Assembly (NCBI GenBank): GCA_964635565.1
Contig: CAZWON010000003.1
Coordinates: 5,345-69,344 of the forward strand
Length of the DNA: 64,000 bases
Direction: 5' to 3'
DNA from: an uncultured Planctomycetia bacterium
GTDB taxonomy: Bacteria; Omnitrophota; Gorgyraeia; Duberdicusellales; 4484-171
Part shown: piece by piece, positions 39,679-49,959 of the stretch
Layout of the letters: every line of letters starts with the position of its first letter
Position numbering within the stretch: position 1 is the first letter of the stretch
Program-made: the position numbers and the translations under genes
The notes under the pieces: generated by a model
Seen by the model: only the letters and a program-made list of their open reading frames with translations
Databases searched by the model: none
Told to the model about the DNA's origin: nothing

Positions 39679-40801
39679 AATAAACCTCCTGCAATTTAGC
39701 TAAAGATGCACCTAAATCTAATTTATAGCCCATTTCTCTAAGAGCTTTTTCTAAAAAACAAAATCCTATCACTAAATCATCAATATCCACCGCTCCCATA
39801 TGAGCAATTCTAATAATTTTATCTTTTAAATGTTCTTGCCCTCCTGCAATGCTTACCCCATAATCCTTTCTTAATTTTTTAACTAAAAGTGAAGTTGTTA
39901 TTCCAGAAACCGTAAGAGCGGTAACCGAAGAAGAAGGGTTTTTAGAAAACGTCTCTAAACCAATTGCCCGCGCCGCTTCACGTGTAGCAAAAGCAAGTTT
40001 CTTAAATTTTTCCCATCGATTTTCTAAACCTTCCTCTCTTATAATATCAATTGCTTTCTCTAAACCCCTAATTAGAGATACACTGGGTGTAAAGGAAGTA
40101 TCATTCTTACCATAACTCTTTAAAGCTTTAGACAAATTATAATAATACTTAGGAAGATTGGATATTGTCAAAAACTTCTCTGCTTTCTTACTAATACTTA
40201 TAAAAGAAAGACCTGGTGGCAACATAAGTCCTTTTTGTGAACCACCTACTACTACATCTACTCCCCAAGCATCTGTTAAAAGTCTATCTTGACCCAAGCC
40301 ACTTATGGCATCCACAATAAGAATTGTATCCTTATTTTTTAAAATCTCACCCATTTCTTTAACATCATAAACTGTTGCTGTTGACGTCTCGCAGAGAGTA
40401 GTGAATACTGCTTTAACATCTGGATTTTTGTCCAGAAGTTCTCTTATATCCTCAATAGAAGGAGCCATACCCCATTCTATATTAAGCTCTAACACATTAA
40501 GACCATAAGTATAACCAATTTCTGCCCATCTTTTACCAAATTTACCTCCTACAATTACTATTACTTTATCATTTAAAGAACAAAAATTAGAAACCGCTGC
40601 TTCCATAGCTCCTGTACCTGAAGAGGCAAAAATAACAACCGGATTATCTGTGCAAAAAATATACTTAAGGCCTTCGGAAGTTTTTTTTAAAATATCTCTA
40701 AATTCATCGGTGCGATGATGAATTATCTCCTTTGATAAAACCTCCCTAATAGAAGAAGGTACTCTCGTAGGGCCTGGCGTAAGAAGGTATTTACTTCTCA
40801 T
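39656..40801 (-). CDS. Class V PLP aminotransferase (AGT/SPT-like; probable phosphoserine aminotransferase)
   Basis: LLTPGP, SGTGAMEAA, ETST, VDAIS, GSQKGLMLPPG, RIAHMG; overlaps serA. Confidence 0.88.
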   Translation of the reverse strand: MRSKYLLTPGPTRVPSSIREVLSKEIIHHRTDEFRDILKKTSEGLKYIFCTDNPVVIFASSGTGAMEAAVSNFCSLNDKVIVIVGGKFGKRWAEIGYTYGLNVLELNIEWGMAPSIEDIRELLDKNPDVKAVFTTLCETSTATVYDVKEMGEILKNKDTILIVDAISGLGQDRLLTDAWGVDVVVGGSQKGLMLPPGLSFISISKKAEKFLTISNLPKYYYNLSKALKSYGKNDTSFTPSVSLIRGLEKAIDIIREEGLENRWEKFKKLAFATREAARAIGLETFSKNPSSSVTALTVSGITTSLLVKKLRKDYGVSIAGGQEHLKDKIIRIAHMGAVDIDDLVIGFCFLEKALREMGYKLDLGASLAKLQEVYYGESFGG

Positions 40802-40839
40802 GCTCCCTCCTCAATTTAAACTGATTATAATACGAACAC

Positions 40840-41442
40840 CTATTTTTTATCTTGAGGCTGAATAACCTCATCAACAACCCCGTAATCCTTTGCTTCCTGA
40901 GCACTCATAAAATAATCCCGATCTGTATCCTCTTTAATTTTTTCTATAGGATTGTTGGTGTGAAAAGCAAGAATCTCGTTTACTTTTTCTCTTAATCTTA
41001 ATATTTCTTTAGTTTGCCGGGAAATATCTTCCGCAGAACCCTGAACACCTCCCCAAGGCTGGTGAATCATAATACGCGAATTGGGAAGAGCAAAACGCTT
41101 TCCTTTTTTGCCTGCGCATAAAAGAAGAGCACCTAACGATGCTGCTTGTCCTACACAATAAGTAGCGACGTCACATTTAACAAATTGCATTGTATCGTAA
41201 ATTGCTAATCCTGCAGTAATTGACCCTCCAGGAGTATTTATATAAATATTTATATCTTTATTCACATCTTCCATCTGTAAGAATAACATTTGCGCAATTA
41301 CCACATTAGCAACGTTATCATCTACAGCTGTTCCTACAAAAATTATTCTATCCTTAAGAAGTCTTGAATATATATCATAAGCTCTTTCAACTCTTCCTGT
41401 CTGCTCAATCACCATGGGAATATAATATTGATTTCTCATCAC
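40840..41442 (-). CDS. clpP: ATP-dependent Clp protease proteolytic subunit
   Basis: [36 protein letters not shown]. Confidence 0.97.
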   Translation of the reverse strand: MMRNQYYIPMVIEQTGRVERAYDIYSRLLKDRIIFVGTAVDDNVANVVIAQMLFLQMEDVNKDINIYINTPGGSITAGLAIYDTMQFVKCDVATYCVGQAASLGALLLCAGKKGKRFALPNSRIMIHQPWGGVQGSAEDISRQTKEILRLREKVNEILAFHTNNPIEKIKEDTDRDYFMSAQEAKDYGVVDEVIQPQDKK

Positions 41443-41694
41443 TGCCTCCTTTCAGGAAATAAATAAAAAATCCTCTTATCTTTTATTTTGTATACCACTT
41501 ATATAACAAAATATATTTATCGTTGGTAATTATCTTCTCCTGAATAGATTCTTTTGTGATTTTCCTCTTATTTTTGTTTTATTTAATGGTATTTGCAACG
41601 CTAAGGGATTTTTGTATTTTATCTGTGGGAATCATTTAAACTTTCCAATTTTTCTTTCCTTACCAAGTTTTTTTATCCTCTCTCATCAGCTCTA

Positions 41695-42588
41695 TTACCT
41701 TACATAATTCGCACAGCTTAACACAAACCCTATCACCGCATTAGAAAGATTATTTTCGTCTACATCTAAAGATTCTCTTTCTGCAATGGCCTCAAAAATA
41801 TAATAGAGCTTTATCTGTCTTTCGGCAAGATTACTAATCTTTCTCCTCATATCTTCCTCATATTTTTTAATATCCCTTTCCTCTACCCCTCGTCTTCTCA
41901 AATCTGATATATGAAGATTAAAAAGCCTCTCTTCCTGTTGCTTTAATAAAACAGTGGGGACATCTATATTTATTCTTTTTATAAGCTCATTAGTAACAAT
42001 CTCTTCTATATCGGTGCGTCTTATTCTTAGTTTATTGACAAAAATCTCCCCTCGGATAGCTTCTCTTAAATCTTCCTTAGAGGAATAACCTGCCCATTTT
42101 GCCAATTCCTCATCAGAATAGTCCTTTTTGGTAACTTTTTTTACATCATCTTTAAGCTGAGTAATTAACTTTTCTATCTCAATTCCCTCTACCTCTGTTT
42201 TCTTAACTTTTACTTTTATATTTTTATAATCTTCGTCTTTAAGCTCTAAATGGGGCTTTACCTCGAATTCAGCATAAAAAGACAGTCCTTTCTCTCTAAA
42301 ATCAACGTCATAAATCCTTGGTAGACCTACCGCTTTTAATTCATTCTTCTCTAATGCTTGGGAATAATAGCTGGGGATAATCCTTTTTAAAAATGTTTCC
42401 TCTAAAAACTTCTTATAGTGCTTCTCTACAACTTCCAAAGGTGCACTTCCCTTTCTAAAACCAGGAACATTTAACTCTTTAGAAAGTTCTTTATAAATTT
42501 CCTTCTTATCCTTCAATAAAACATCCTCTTCTACTTCTACCTTTAAAACTCTTTTTAACCTGTTGAGCTTTTTTATTTCTGTTCTCAT
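41695..42588 (-). CDS. tig: Trigger factor (short; PPIase domain apparently absent)
   Basis: VPGFRKG ribosome-binding signature; upstream of clpP; only 297 aa. Confidence 0.88.
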   Translation of the reverse strand: MRTEIKKLNRLKRVLKVEVEEDVLLKDKKEIYKELSKELNVPGFRKGSAPLEVVEKHYKKFLEETFLKRIIPSYYSQALEKNELKAVGLPRIYDVDFREKGLSFYAEFEVKPHLELKDEDYKNIKVKVKKTEVEGIEIEKLITQLKDDVKKVTKKDYSDEELAKWAGYSSKEDLREAIRGEIFVNKLRIRRTDIEEIVTNELIKRINIDVPTVLLKQQEERLFNLHISDLRRRGVEERDIKKYEEDMRRKISNLAERQIKLYYIFEAIAERESLDVDENNLSNAVIGFVLSCANYVR

Positions 42589-42597
42589 TCGTCCTTC

Positions 42598-43332
42598 TTA
42601 TAAAACAAAATTATCACCTAAATATATCTGACGTGCTTTAGGATTATTAATTAAATCTGTGGAACTGCCCGAAATTAAAATTTTACCTTCAGCAATAAGA
42701 TAGGCCCTATCAGTAATAGAAAGTGTTTCACGTACATTATGATCGGTAAGAAGAATCCCTATACCTTTTTTCTTAAGATTAGCTATTATCTGCTTTGCCT
42801 CATTTACAATAATAGGGTCAATCCCGCTAAAAGGCTCATCCAAAAGAAGAAATGAAGGATTAGTAACTAAAGCACGTGTTATTTCTAAACGGCGGACTTC
42901 TCCTCCACTTAAAGTATAGGCTTTATTCTTCCTAAGATGAGCGATATTAAGTTCTTTTAATAGAGATTCTAAACGTTGATATCTCTCTTTTCTTGTAAGA
43001 GGAAGGATTTCTAAAATTGCCATAATATTTTCTTCTACAGTAAGTTTTCGGAACACAGAAGATTCCTGAGAAAGATAACCAATGCCATATCTACTTCTTA
43101 TATGAATAGGAAGATGTGTAATATCTTGGTTATCAAAAAGGATCTGGCCACTATCAGGAGAAATTATGCCTACAATCATATAAAAACAAGTTGTTTTACC
43201 TGCGCCATTAGGCCCAAGTAAACCTACTACCTCTCCTCTCTTTACAGTAATATCTATTCCTCTTACTACCTTTTTCCCATTATAAGATTTGGACAAGTCC
43301 TTTACTTCAAGGATTCTCATCTCTTCTCCCAA
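42598..43332 (-). CDS. lptB: LPS export ABC ATPase
   Basis: GPNGAGKTT, YLSQESSVFRKL, LSGGE.RR.EI, LDEPF.GIDP, TDHNVRETL. Confidence 0.95.
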   Translation of the reverse strand: MGEEMRILEVKDLSKSYNGKKVVRGIDITVKRGEVVGLLGPNGAGKTTCFYMIVGIISPDSGQILFDNQDITHLPIHIRSRYGIGYLSQESSVFRKLTVEENIMAILEILPLTRKERYQRLESLLKELNIAHLRKNKAYTLSGGEVRRLEITRALVTNPSFLLLDEPFSGIDPIIVNEAKQIIANLKKKGIGILLTDHNVRETLSITDRAYLIAEGKILISGSSTDLINNPKARQIYLGDNFVL

Positions 43333-44134
43333 AAAAAGATTTTGATTTTCCTTTAGGGAAAATTATAAGTCGGGGTTGCCCTTCTAAAGTAATCTTATTT
43401 TCTTTTTGAAAATATATAGCCCTTTCTGCAAAGGTAACATTATCATCTCTTATAACCTTAACATCTCCTTCTGCAACAACTTTATTTACCTGACTATTTA
43501 CCGTATCAAAATATACTGTAGCCTTATTAGCAAACATCTTCCCCTGAATATTATCAACTACAACATTATTATTAAATATAGCCTTGCCTTCATTATAGTT
43601 TATCTCAAGAGGCCCATTACATTTAATATTTATAACACCATCTTTACTAAATAAATTTACTTTCACTTCTTTGCCAAAACTAACTTTATTAAGTTCTGTA
43701 TCAGCATTCATTCCTTTTGCTTCAACTTTAAGAGCACTTTCTTTCCTTATTTCTACTTTCTCATCAGTATATACTCTGTTTTTATTCTGCTCCCAACTTA
43801 AAGTACTAGTCTCTAATTCTATCCCTTTTTTACTATTTATATGAACGTCATTATTTAAATAAACATTCATATTTTCTTTATCCAAGTGCGCTTTATCTGC
43901 CTTTATATCTATAGTATCATCTTCTCTAAAATACTTTGCCTTCATCTGGTCTATCTTTACATATCTTTCAGAGACAAGAGCTTTTTCCCCTTTTACCTCC
44001 CATTCTTTTTCTCCATTATTTTTATAATTGGAAAGGTAAAAATCCTCAATTTTTTGCTGAGGATAAACAGAAAAACAAACAGAAAAACAAATTAATATAC
44101 CAAAGTATCGAACTATGTCAATATACTTTCTCAC
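43307..44134 (-). CDS. LptC-LptA-like tandem beta-jellyroll protein
   Basis: N-terminal hydrophobic segment; WEVKG..A, L.T..L.W (LptC-like); F..NVVV, A.GDV.V, A.Y..ITL.G.P (LptA/OstA-like); upstream of lptB. Confidence 0.8.
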   Translation of the reverse strand: MRKYIDIVRYFGILICFSVCFSVYPQQKIEDFYLSNYKNNGEKEWEVKGEKALVSERYVKIDQMKAKYFREDDTIDIKADKAHLDKENMNVYLNNDVHINSKKGIELETSTLSWEQNKNRVYTDEKVEIRKESALKVEAKGMNADTELNKVSFGKEVKVNLFSKDGVINIKCNGPLEINYNEGKAIFNNNVVVDNIQGKMFANKATVYFDTVNSQVNKVVAEGDVKVIRDDNVTFAERAIYFQKENKITLEGQPRLIIFPKGKSKSFFGRRDENP

Positions 44135-44165
44135 TTTAATCTTTACATTTAAATAAAAAGACTAC

Positions 44166-44696
44166 TTATGATTTTGAGATAAATAAATTGCCTAAAGATT
44201 CTCTCCATATGCCTTTTGATTTTAAAATGAGCTCTACAACTTCTCTTACTGCTCCTTTACCTCCTTTGTGTTGAGTAACATACTGAGCTACTCTTTTAAC
44301 TTCCTTACAAGCATCCCCTACTGCTACAGGCAAACCTATCTTTCTCATTATACCTATATCAATCAAATCATCTCCTACAAAACATATCTCACTGGTAGCA
44401 ACCCTGTATCTTTTTCTTATTTCTCCAAGAAGCTTTTCCTTAGGCAGAACTCCCCCGTATACATCTGCCCCCATATCTTTTGCCCGCCTTCTTACTACAG
44501 CTGAATCCCTGGCAGTAAGAAGAACTACTTTTATCCCTGCTTTTACCAAAAGAAATATACCTAATCCATCTTTTACATTGAAAACTTTAAGCTCCCTCCC
44601 TAAACTATCGTAAATTATCTCTCCTTTTGTTAATACACCATCTACATCTAAAATAAGTAACTTCACTTTTCTAAATAAATATTCTGCCTTTTTCAC
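44166..44696 (-). CDS. kdsC: KDO-8-phosphate phosphatase
   Basis: LDVDGVLT, FNVKDGLG, VGDDLID, GGKGAVRE. Confidence 0.94.
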   Translation of the reverse strand: MKKAEYLFRKVKLLILDVDGVLTKGEIIYDSLGRELKVFNVKDGLGIFLLVKAGIKVVLLTARDSAVVRRRAKDMGADVYGGVLPKEKLLGEIRKRYRVATSEICFVGDDLIDIGIMRKIGLPVAVGDACKEVKRVAQYVTQHKGGKGAVREVVELILKSKGIWRESLGNLFISKS

Positions 44697-44715
44697 TCTT
44701 ATTTCTTAACTTCTA

Positions 44716-45693
44716 TTAAATAATTCCTGCAGCAATTAAATCCTGCACATCAAGCATACCTACAACCCGAAGGGTCCTATCTACTACAGGAACTTCGTCA
44801 ATTTTTCTTCTTTCTAAAACCTTAAGAGCATAAGAAGCTAAATCATCTTCATAAACTTTAGTAGGATTTTTTGTCATCACCTCTTTTATTTTTTTCTCAA
44901 GAATATAAGGGTCTTTTTCTAAGTTTCTTCTTAGGTCTCCATCAGTAAATATTCCTACTAACCTTTTTTTTCTATCCACTACCGAAGCTGCTCCTGCATG
45001 TGAAGAGGTGATTTTAACTAAAACTTCTTTTACCAAAGTGTTCTCATTAACTATCGGGTTAAATTTTCCCCTTCGCATAATATCTTCCACCTTAAGCAAT
45101 AATTTCCTTCCCAAAGAACCACGGGGATGAAAAAAAGCAAAATCTTTTTCTCGAAATCCTTTTATTTTCTGCAAACATACTGCTACAGCATCACACATCG
45201 CCAACATTGCTGTAGTAGATGTAGTAGGAGCTAAACCTAAAGAGCATGCCTCCTTTTCCACCTTAACATCAATAATGCTATCAGCGTATTTTGCAAGCTT
45301 AGAGTGTTTGTTCCCGGTAAAAGCGATTATCATAGCGCCAATTTTTTTTATAAAAGGAATGAGATTTTTTATCTCTTCTGTCTCTCCACTATAAGAAAAT
45401 ATACATACAACATCATCTTCTTTAATTCTGCCTAAATCACCATGTACTGCTTCTGCTGCATGCAACCAGAAAGAACTAGAACCTGTGGAAGATAAAGTTG
45501 CTGAAAATTTTTGACCTATAATACCTGCCTTACCCATACCTGTAACAACAACTCTTCCTTTACAAAAAGCAAGGAGTTTAATCGCTTTTAGAAAATTATA
45601 ATTAATATTATTCCTTAAATTTTTTACTGCCTTTGCCTCAATAGTTAATACATCCTTAGCCCACTTTTCTATTTTTTTTCTATTAATCTTCAT
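44716..45693 (-). CDS. kdsD: Arabinose-5-phosphate isomerase (SIS + CBS)
   Basis: VTGMGKAG, EAVHGDLG, SYSGET, LAPTTST, HPRGSLG, TDGDLRR. Confidence 0.94.
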   Translation of the reverse strand: MKINRKKIEKWAKDVLTIEAKAVKNLRNNINYNFLKAIKLLAFCKGRVVVTGMGKAGIIGQKFSATLSSTGSSSFWLHAAEAVHGDLGRIKEDDVVCIFSYSGETEEIKNLIPFIKKIGAMIIAFTGNKHSKLAKYADSIIDVKVEKEACSLGLAPTTSTTAMLAMCDAVAVCLQKIKGFREKDFAFFHPRGSLGRKLLLKVEDIMRRGKFNPIVNENTLVKEVLVKITSSHAGAASVVDRKKRLVGIFTDGDLRRNLEKDPYILEKKIKEVMTKNPTKVYEDDLASYALKVLERRKIDEVPVVDRTLRVVGMLDVQDLIAAGII

Positions 45694-46477
45694 TTCTTAC
45701 TTCCCTTATTTTAATAATCTTCTCTATTAATTTTCCTATATCTTTTAAAGGAAAAGAAGTTGCTCTATCGGAAAGAGCTTTTTGGGGATTAGGATGGACC
45801 TCCAAAAATATGCCATCAACCCCACATCCAACACCTGCTAAACTTAGAGGATAAATAAATTCCCTATCCCCTCCAGATACTCCTTTCTCCAAAGAAGGTT
45901 TTTGCAAAGAATGGGTAACATCAAAAATAACAGGATAACCAAATTTCTTCATAATCAAAAAAGAACGAAAATCAACAATGAGATTATTATAACCGAAGCA
46001 ACTGCCTCTCTCCGTAATAAAAATTTTTTTATTTCCCGTTGATGTTATCTTTTCAATTACATACTTTATATCATAGGGAGACATAAATTGCGCCTTCTTA
46101 ACATTTATAAACTTAAAAGTCTTCGCAGCCTTTATTATCAAATCGGTCTGTCGAGACAAAAATGCTGGTATCTGAATAACATCAAGCACTTTCTCGGCCT
46201 CTTTAATATCATTTTGGCAATGAACATCACTCAAAATTTTAAGGCCTAATTTTTCTTTAACATATGCAAGTATCTTTAAACCTTTCTTTAATCCCGGACC
46301 ACGAAATGACTTAAGAGAAGTCCTGTTTGCTTTATAAAAACTTGCTTTAAAGATAAAGTTTATAGAATAGGAGGAAATTATTTCCTTTAAATACTTTGCT
46401 ATTTCAAAAACCTTTCTTTTGCCTTCTATTACACAAGGGCCAGCAATAAAAATAAAATTATTTTTATTTTTTTTCAT
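45683..46477 (-). CDS. kdsA: KDO-8-phosphate synthase
   Basis: IAGPCVIE, KANRTS, QIPAFLSRQTDL, ERGSCFGY, DVTHSLQ, EVHP. Confidence 0.96.
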   Translation of the reverse strand: MKKNKNNFIFIAGPCVIEGKRKVFEIAKYLKEIISSYSINFIFKASFYKANRTSLKSFRGPGLKKGLKILAYVKEKLGLKILSDVHCQNDIKEAEKVLDVIQIPAFLSRQTDLIIKAAKTFKFINVKKAQFMSPYDIKYVIEKITSTGNKKIFITERGSCFGYNNLIVDFRSFLIMKKFGYPVIFDVTHSLQKPSLEKGVSGGDREFIYPLSLAGVGCGVDGIFLEVHPNPQKALSDRATSFPLKDIGKLIEKIIKIREVRNED

Positions 46478-48080
46478 AGGACCTATTTAAAGAGGCGTTT
46501 ATAAACTCCCTGAACAGAGGATGCGCCTTATCTGGTTTTGACTTAAACTCAGGATGAAACTGACAGGCTACAAACCACGGATGATTTTTCAACTCCATTA
46601 TCTCTACAAGATTTTTCTTCTCATAAATCCCAGAAAATACTGCTCCTGCGTTTTCAAAAAGACGTCTAAATTTGTTATTAAACTCATAACGATGTCGATG
46701 GCGTTCGTGGACTAAATTTTTTCCATAAGCATAATATGCTTTTGTGTTATCTTTTATTTTACAAGGATAAACTCCCAGACGCATAGTTGCACCTAAATTT
46801 TTCCTTGCTCGCTGAGAAGGTAAAAGAAAAATTACCGCATGCTTCACTTTGCGATTAAATTCTGTTGAATGAACATCGCGTAACCCCAAAACATTCCTGC
46901 AAAATTCAATAGCAGCAAGCTGCATCCCTAAGCAAATTCCTAAAAAAGGGACATTATGTTCGCGGGCAAATTGTATAGCAGAAATTTTTCCTTCAATGCC
47001 TCTCTCACCAAACCCGCCTGGAACGAGAATACCACCCACATCCTCCAGAAGCTCACCAGGCCTTTTTACTTCAATCTCTTCAGAATCTACTTTCTTTATT
47101 ACCACACGGGCATTATTGCTAAATCCCGCATGGCGTAGTGCCTCATAAATAGACTTGTAAGCATCTTGCAACTGGATATATTTACCCACCACAGCGATGC
47201 TTACTTCTCTTTTAGGATACAAAGCTGGTTCCACTACCTTGCTGTACCACTCTTTAAGGTCTTTCTCTTTACATTTTAAATTGAGCTTAGAAACAATAAT
47301 ATCATCCAAACCTTCCTTGCTAAAAATAAGAGGTATCTCATAGACTTCTTTTACATCCAAAGCTTGAATCACTGCCTGGGGGTCTACATTGCAAAATAAT
47401 GCAATTTTTTCTTTTATCTTTTTATTTAAAGGTTGTTCTGTGCGACAAAGAATAATGTCAGGCTGAATCCCTATCTCTCTAAGTTTCCCTACACTATGCT
47501 GAGTGGGTTTTGTCTTAAGCTCTGAAGCTGCCTTTATAAAAGGAATCAAGCTCATATGGATATTTACAGCATTATATCTTCCTAATTCAATTCTCATCTG
47601 TCTTATCGCCTCTAAGAAGGGTAAACTCTCAATATCTCCCACTGTGCCACCAATTTCTACAATGACAATATCGAATTTCTTATACGCAGAGGCTTTTTTA
47701 ATAAATGCCTTAATCTCATCTGTTATATGAGGAATAACCTGAACCGTACTTCCCAAATAATCACCTTTTCTTTCTTTAGTGATAACAGAATGATAGATTT
47801 TGCCTGTAGTTATATTGTTGTTACTATTTACCACAATCGAAGTAAACCGTTCATAATGTCCTAAATCTAAATCTGTCTCTGCTCCATCATCAGTAACATA
47901 AACCTCTCCATGCTGAAAAGGATTCATCGTACCTGCATCAACATTAATATAGGGATCACATTTTATAATATTAACCTTAAGACCACGGGACTCTAAAAGT
48001 CTTCCTATACAGGCAGAGGCAATTCCTTTTCCTAAACTAGATACCACCCCTCCTGTTATAAAAATATATTTCTTAGGCAT
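46464..48080 (-). CDS. pyrG: CTP synthase
   Basis: GGVVSSLGKG, GGTVGDIESLPF, KTKPTQHSV, GICLGMQ, RHRHRYE, QFHPEF. Confidence 0.98.
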   Translation of the reverse strand: MPKKYIFITGGVVSSLGKGIASACIGRLLESRGLKVNIIKCDPYINVDAGTMNPFQHGEVYVTDDGAETDLDLGHYERFTSIVVNSNNNITTGKIYHSVITKERKGDYLGSTVQVIPHITDEIKAFIKKASAYKKFDIVIVEIGGTVGDIESLPFLEAIRQMRIELGRYNAVNIHMSLIPFIKAASELKTKPTQHSVGKLREIGIQPDIILCRTEQPLNKKIKEKIALFCNVDPQAVIQALDVKEVYEIPLIFSKEGLDDIIVSKLNLKCKEKDLKEWYSKVVEPALYPKREVSIAVVGKYIQLQDAYKSIYEALRHAGFSNNARVVIKKVDSEEIEVKRPGELLEDVGGILVPGGFGERGIEGKISAIQFAREHNVPFLGICLGMQLAAIEFCRNVLGLRDVHSTEFNRKVKHAVIFLLPSQRARKNLGATMRLGVYPCKIKDNTKAYYAYGKNLVHERHRHRYEFNNKFRRLFENAGAVFSGIYEKKNLVEIMELKNHPWFVACQFHPEFKSKPDKAHPLFREFINASLNRSYEKK

Positions 48081-48810
48081 ATCCTTTTTGAGATAAAATT
48101 CTCTCTACTTTCCTCAAATCCTCCTCTGTATCCACACCCCAAGAATCAAAATTAGTCTCGATAACCTTAATCTTAATTCCTGCCTCAAGAGCTCTTAACT
48201 GTTCTAAGCGCTCAGCCTCTTCAAGAAAAGAATAAGGAAGATTTTTAAAAGTATATAGGAAGTCTTTCGTATACGCATATATTCCTAAGTGCTTATAATA
48301 AATTGATTCTTTATCTTTATCCCTATAGAAAGGTATGGGCAAACGGGAAAAATAAAGAGCAAAATTGTCTTTATCCGTAACTACTTTTACAATATTAACA
48401 TCATTTATTTCCTCAATATCATCTATCTTTTTTTTAACTGTAGCCATAACTAAATCATAATCATCACTCATACAGGAAACAAGACTGTCAATAATAGAAG
48501 GATGAATCAAAGGTTCGTCAGCCTGAATATTAACAATTACCCTTGCATCTATATCTCCTACTACCTCTGCTATTCTATCACTTCCTGAACGATGACCGGA
48601 GGAAGTCAAGACAACCTCTCCTCCAAAATCTTTTACTATTCTTTCTATCTGAACACTGTCACACGCTACAATTAGCTTATCGAGCAAATGTGCTTTTTTA
48701 GCACTTTCCCACGTCCATTGAATAAGAGGCTTACCTAATATTTTCCTTAAGAGTTTATGAGATAATCTCTGTGATTCTAAACGTGCGGGTATAACCCCTA
48801 TTGTCTCCAT
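48073..48810 (-). CDS. kdsB: CMP-KDO synthetase
   Basis: IPARLESQR, SGSDRIAE, NIQADEP, ALYFSR, HLGIYAY, LEQLRALE. Confidence 0.95.
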   Translation of the reverse strand: METIGVIPARLESQRLSHKLLRKILGKPLIQWTWESAKKAHLLDKLIVACDSVQIERIVKDFGGEVVLTSSGHRSGSDRIAEVVGDIDARVIVNIQADEPLIHPSIIDSLVSCMSDDYDLVMATVKKKIDDIEEINDVNIVKVVTDKDNFALYFSRLPIPFYRDKDKESIYYKHLGIYAYTKDFLYTFKNLPYSFLEEAERLEQLRALEAGIKIKVIETNFDSWGVDTEEDLRKVERILSQKGYA

Positions 48811-48811
48811 C

Positions 48812-49816
48812 TCAGTGGATAACTAATTTATTAAAACTATTATCTATTACTTCTCGCAGTTCCTGAGGATGTGTAGTAGAAGCACCGAGTTTACCTACTA
48901 CAATTCCTGCAGCAAAATTAGCCAAAATAGCAGCGTCTAAAAAGGAAGCGCCTGCTGTTAAACTCAAGGTAAAAACAGCTATTACTGTGTCTCCTGCTCC
49001 TGTAACATCAAACACCTCCAGTGCAGTGGTAGGAATCTTATAATCTTTGCTCTCGCAAAATAATCTCATTCCTTCCTCTCCCAAAGTAATAAGTAATGCT
49101 TTGGGCTTTATTTTCTCTATAATTGCATTACCTAAAATCTCAATATCAGAAGATTTTTTCACCTTAAATCCAGCAGTATATTCTGCTTCTTTTAGGTTAG
49201 GCGTGAGAGCAGTCACTCCTTCATAATAATCCAGATGCTCTTCTTTTGGGTCAACAGTTATTATCTTACTCTTTTTCTTACATAAACTCACCAACCCCTC
49301 TACCAGATAAGAATTAATCATCCCTTTACCATAATCTTCTAAAATAATAGCGTCAAATTTATCAATTGCTTTTTTAACCTTTCTCAATATTTTATTACAC
49401 GTATCCAAAGACATCTCCTCATGCGACTCCCAATCCACTCTTACTACTTGTTGGTGTCTAGCAAGAACACGCGTTTTTAGAGTAGTAGGCCTTTTTTTAT
49501 CTTTGATAATAAAACTAGTATCTATCTTTTTCTTTTCTACTAAAGAAAGAAGAACTTTCCCAAAGTAATCCTCACCTACAATACCACATAAACTAACCTT
49601 TGCTTCTAAATCAATAATATTAAGCCCCACATTAGCTGTCCCTCCTCCTACATATTTCTCTCTCCTCGCCCATACTACAGGAACAGGCGCTTCAGGAGAA
49701 ATTCTCTCTACTTCTCCAAAGATATAATGGTCTAAAATAAGGTCTCCTACTACAAGAATTTTTTTACCCTTGAATCGGGAGATAATTTTTTTTAATTTCC
49801 GTGGTGCTATATTCAT
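48812..49816 (-). CDS. rfaE1: D-glycero-beta-D-manno-heptose-7-phosphate kinase (RfaE domain I)
   Basis: VGDLILD, ERISPEAPVPV, DYGKG, VDPK, TPN, DVTGAGDT. Confidence 0.92.
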   Translation of the reverse strand: MNIAPRKLKKIISRFKGKKILVVGDLILDHYIFGEVERISPEAPVPVVWARREKYVGGGTANVGLNIIDLEAKVSLCGIVGEDYFGKVLLSLVEKKKIDTSFIIKDKKRPTTLKTRVLARHQQVVRVDWESHEEMSLDTCNKILRKVKKAIDKFDAIILEDYGKGMINSYLVEGLVSLCKKKSKIITVDPKEEHLDYYEGVTALTPNLKEAEYTAGFKVKKSSDIEILGNAIIEKIKPKALLITLGEEGMRLFCESKDYKIPTTALEVFDVTGAGDTVIAVFTLSLTAGASFLDAAILANFAAGIVVGKLGASTTHPQELREVIDNSFNKLVIH

Positions 49817-49889
49817 CTATCTTCTGGACTTACAAATTCCTAAAATAAATATATCTTTTGTTGTAAAAATTGATATTTCTAACTGCGTA

Positions 49890-49918
49890 ATTTTATCATA
49901 CATTACTCACCTTCGCAA
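49890..49918 (-). promoter_or_regulatory. Putative sigma70 promoter for the rfaE1-kds-lpt genes
   Basis: Minus strand TTGCGA-17 nt-TAAAAT with TGn extension, in the intergenic gap. Confidence 0.5.
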
Positions 49919-49959
49919 TATAAATTAAATTAATTTATTAAAATAATAAAGAAAGAAGG

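Noticed and set aside
41443-41694. Small gene between tig and clpP
   Set aside because: All minus-strand frames with a start codon stop within about 20 codons; no recognisable product
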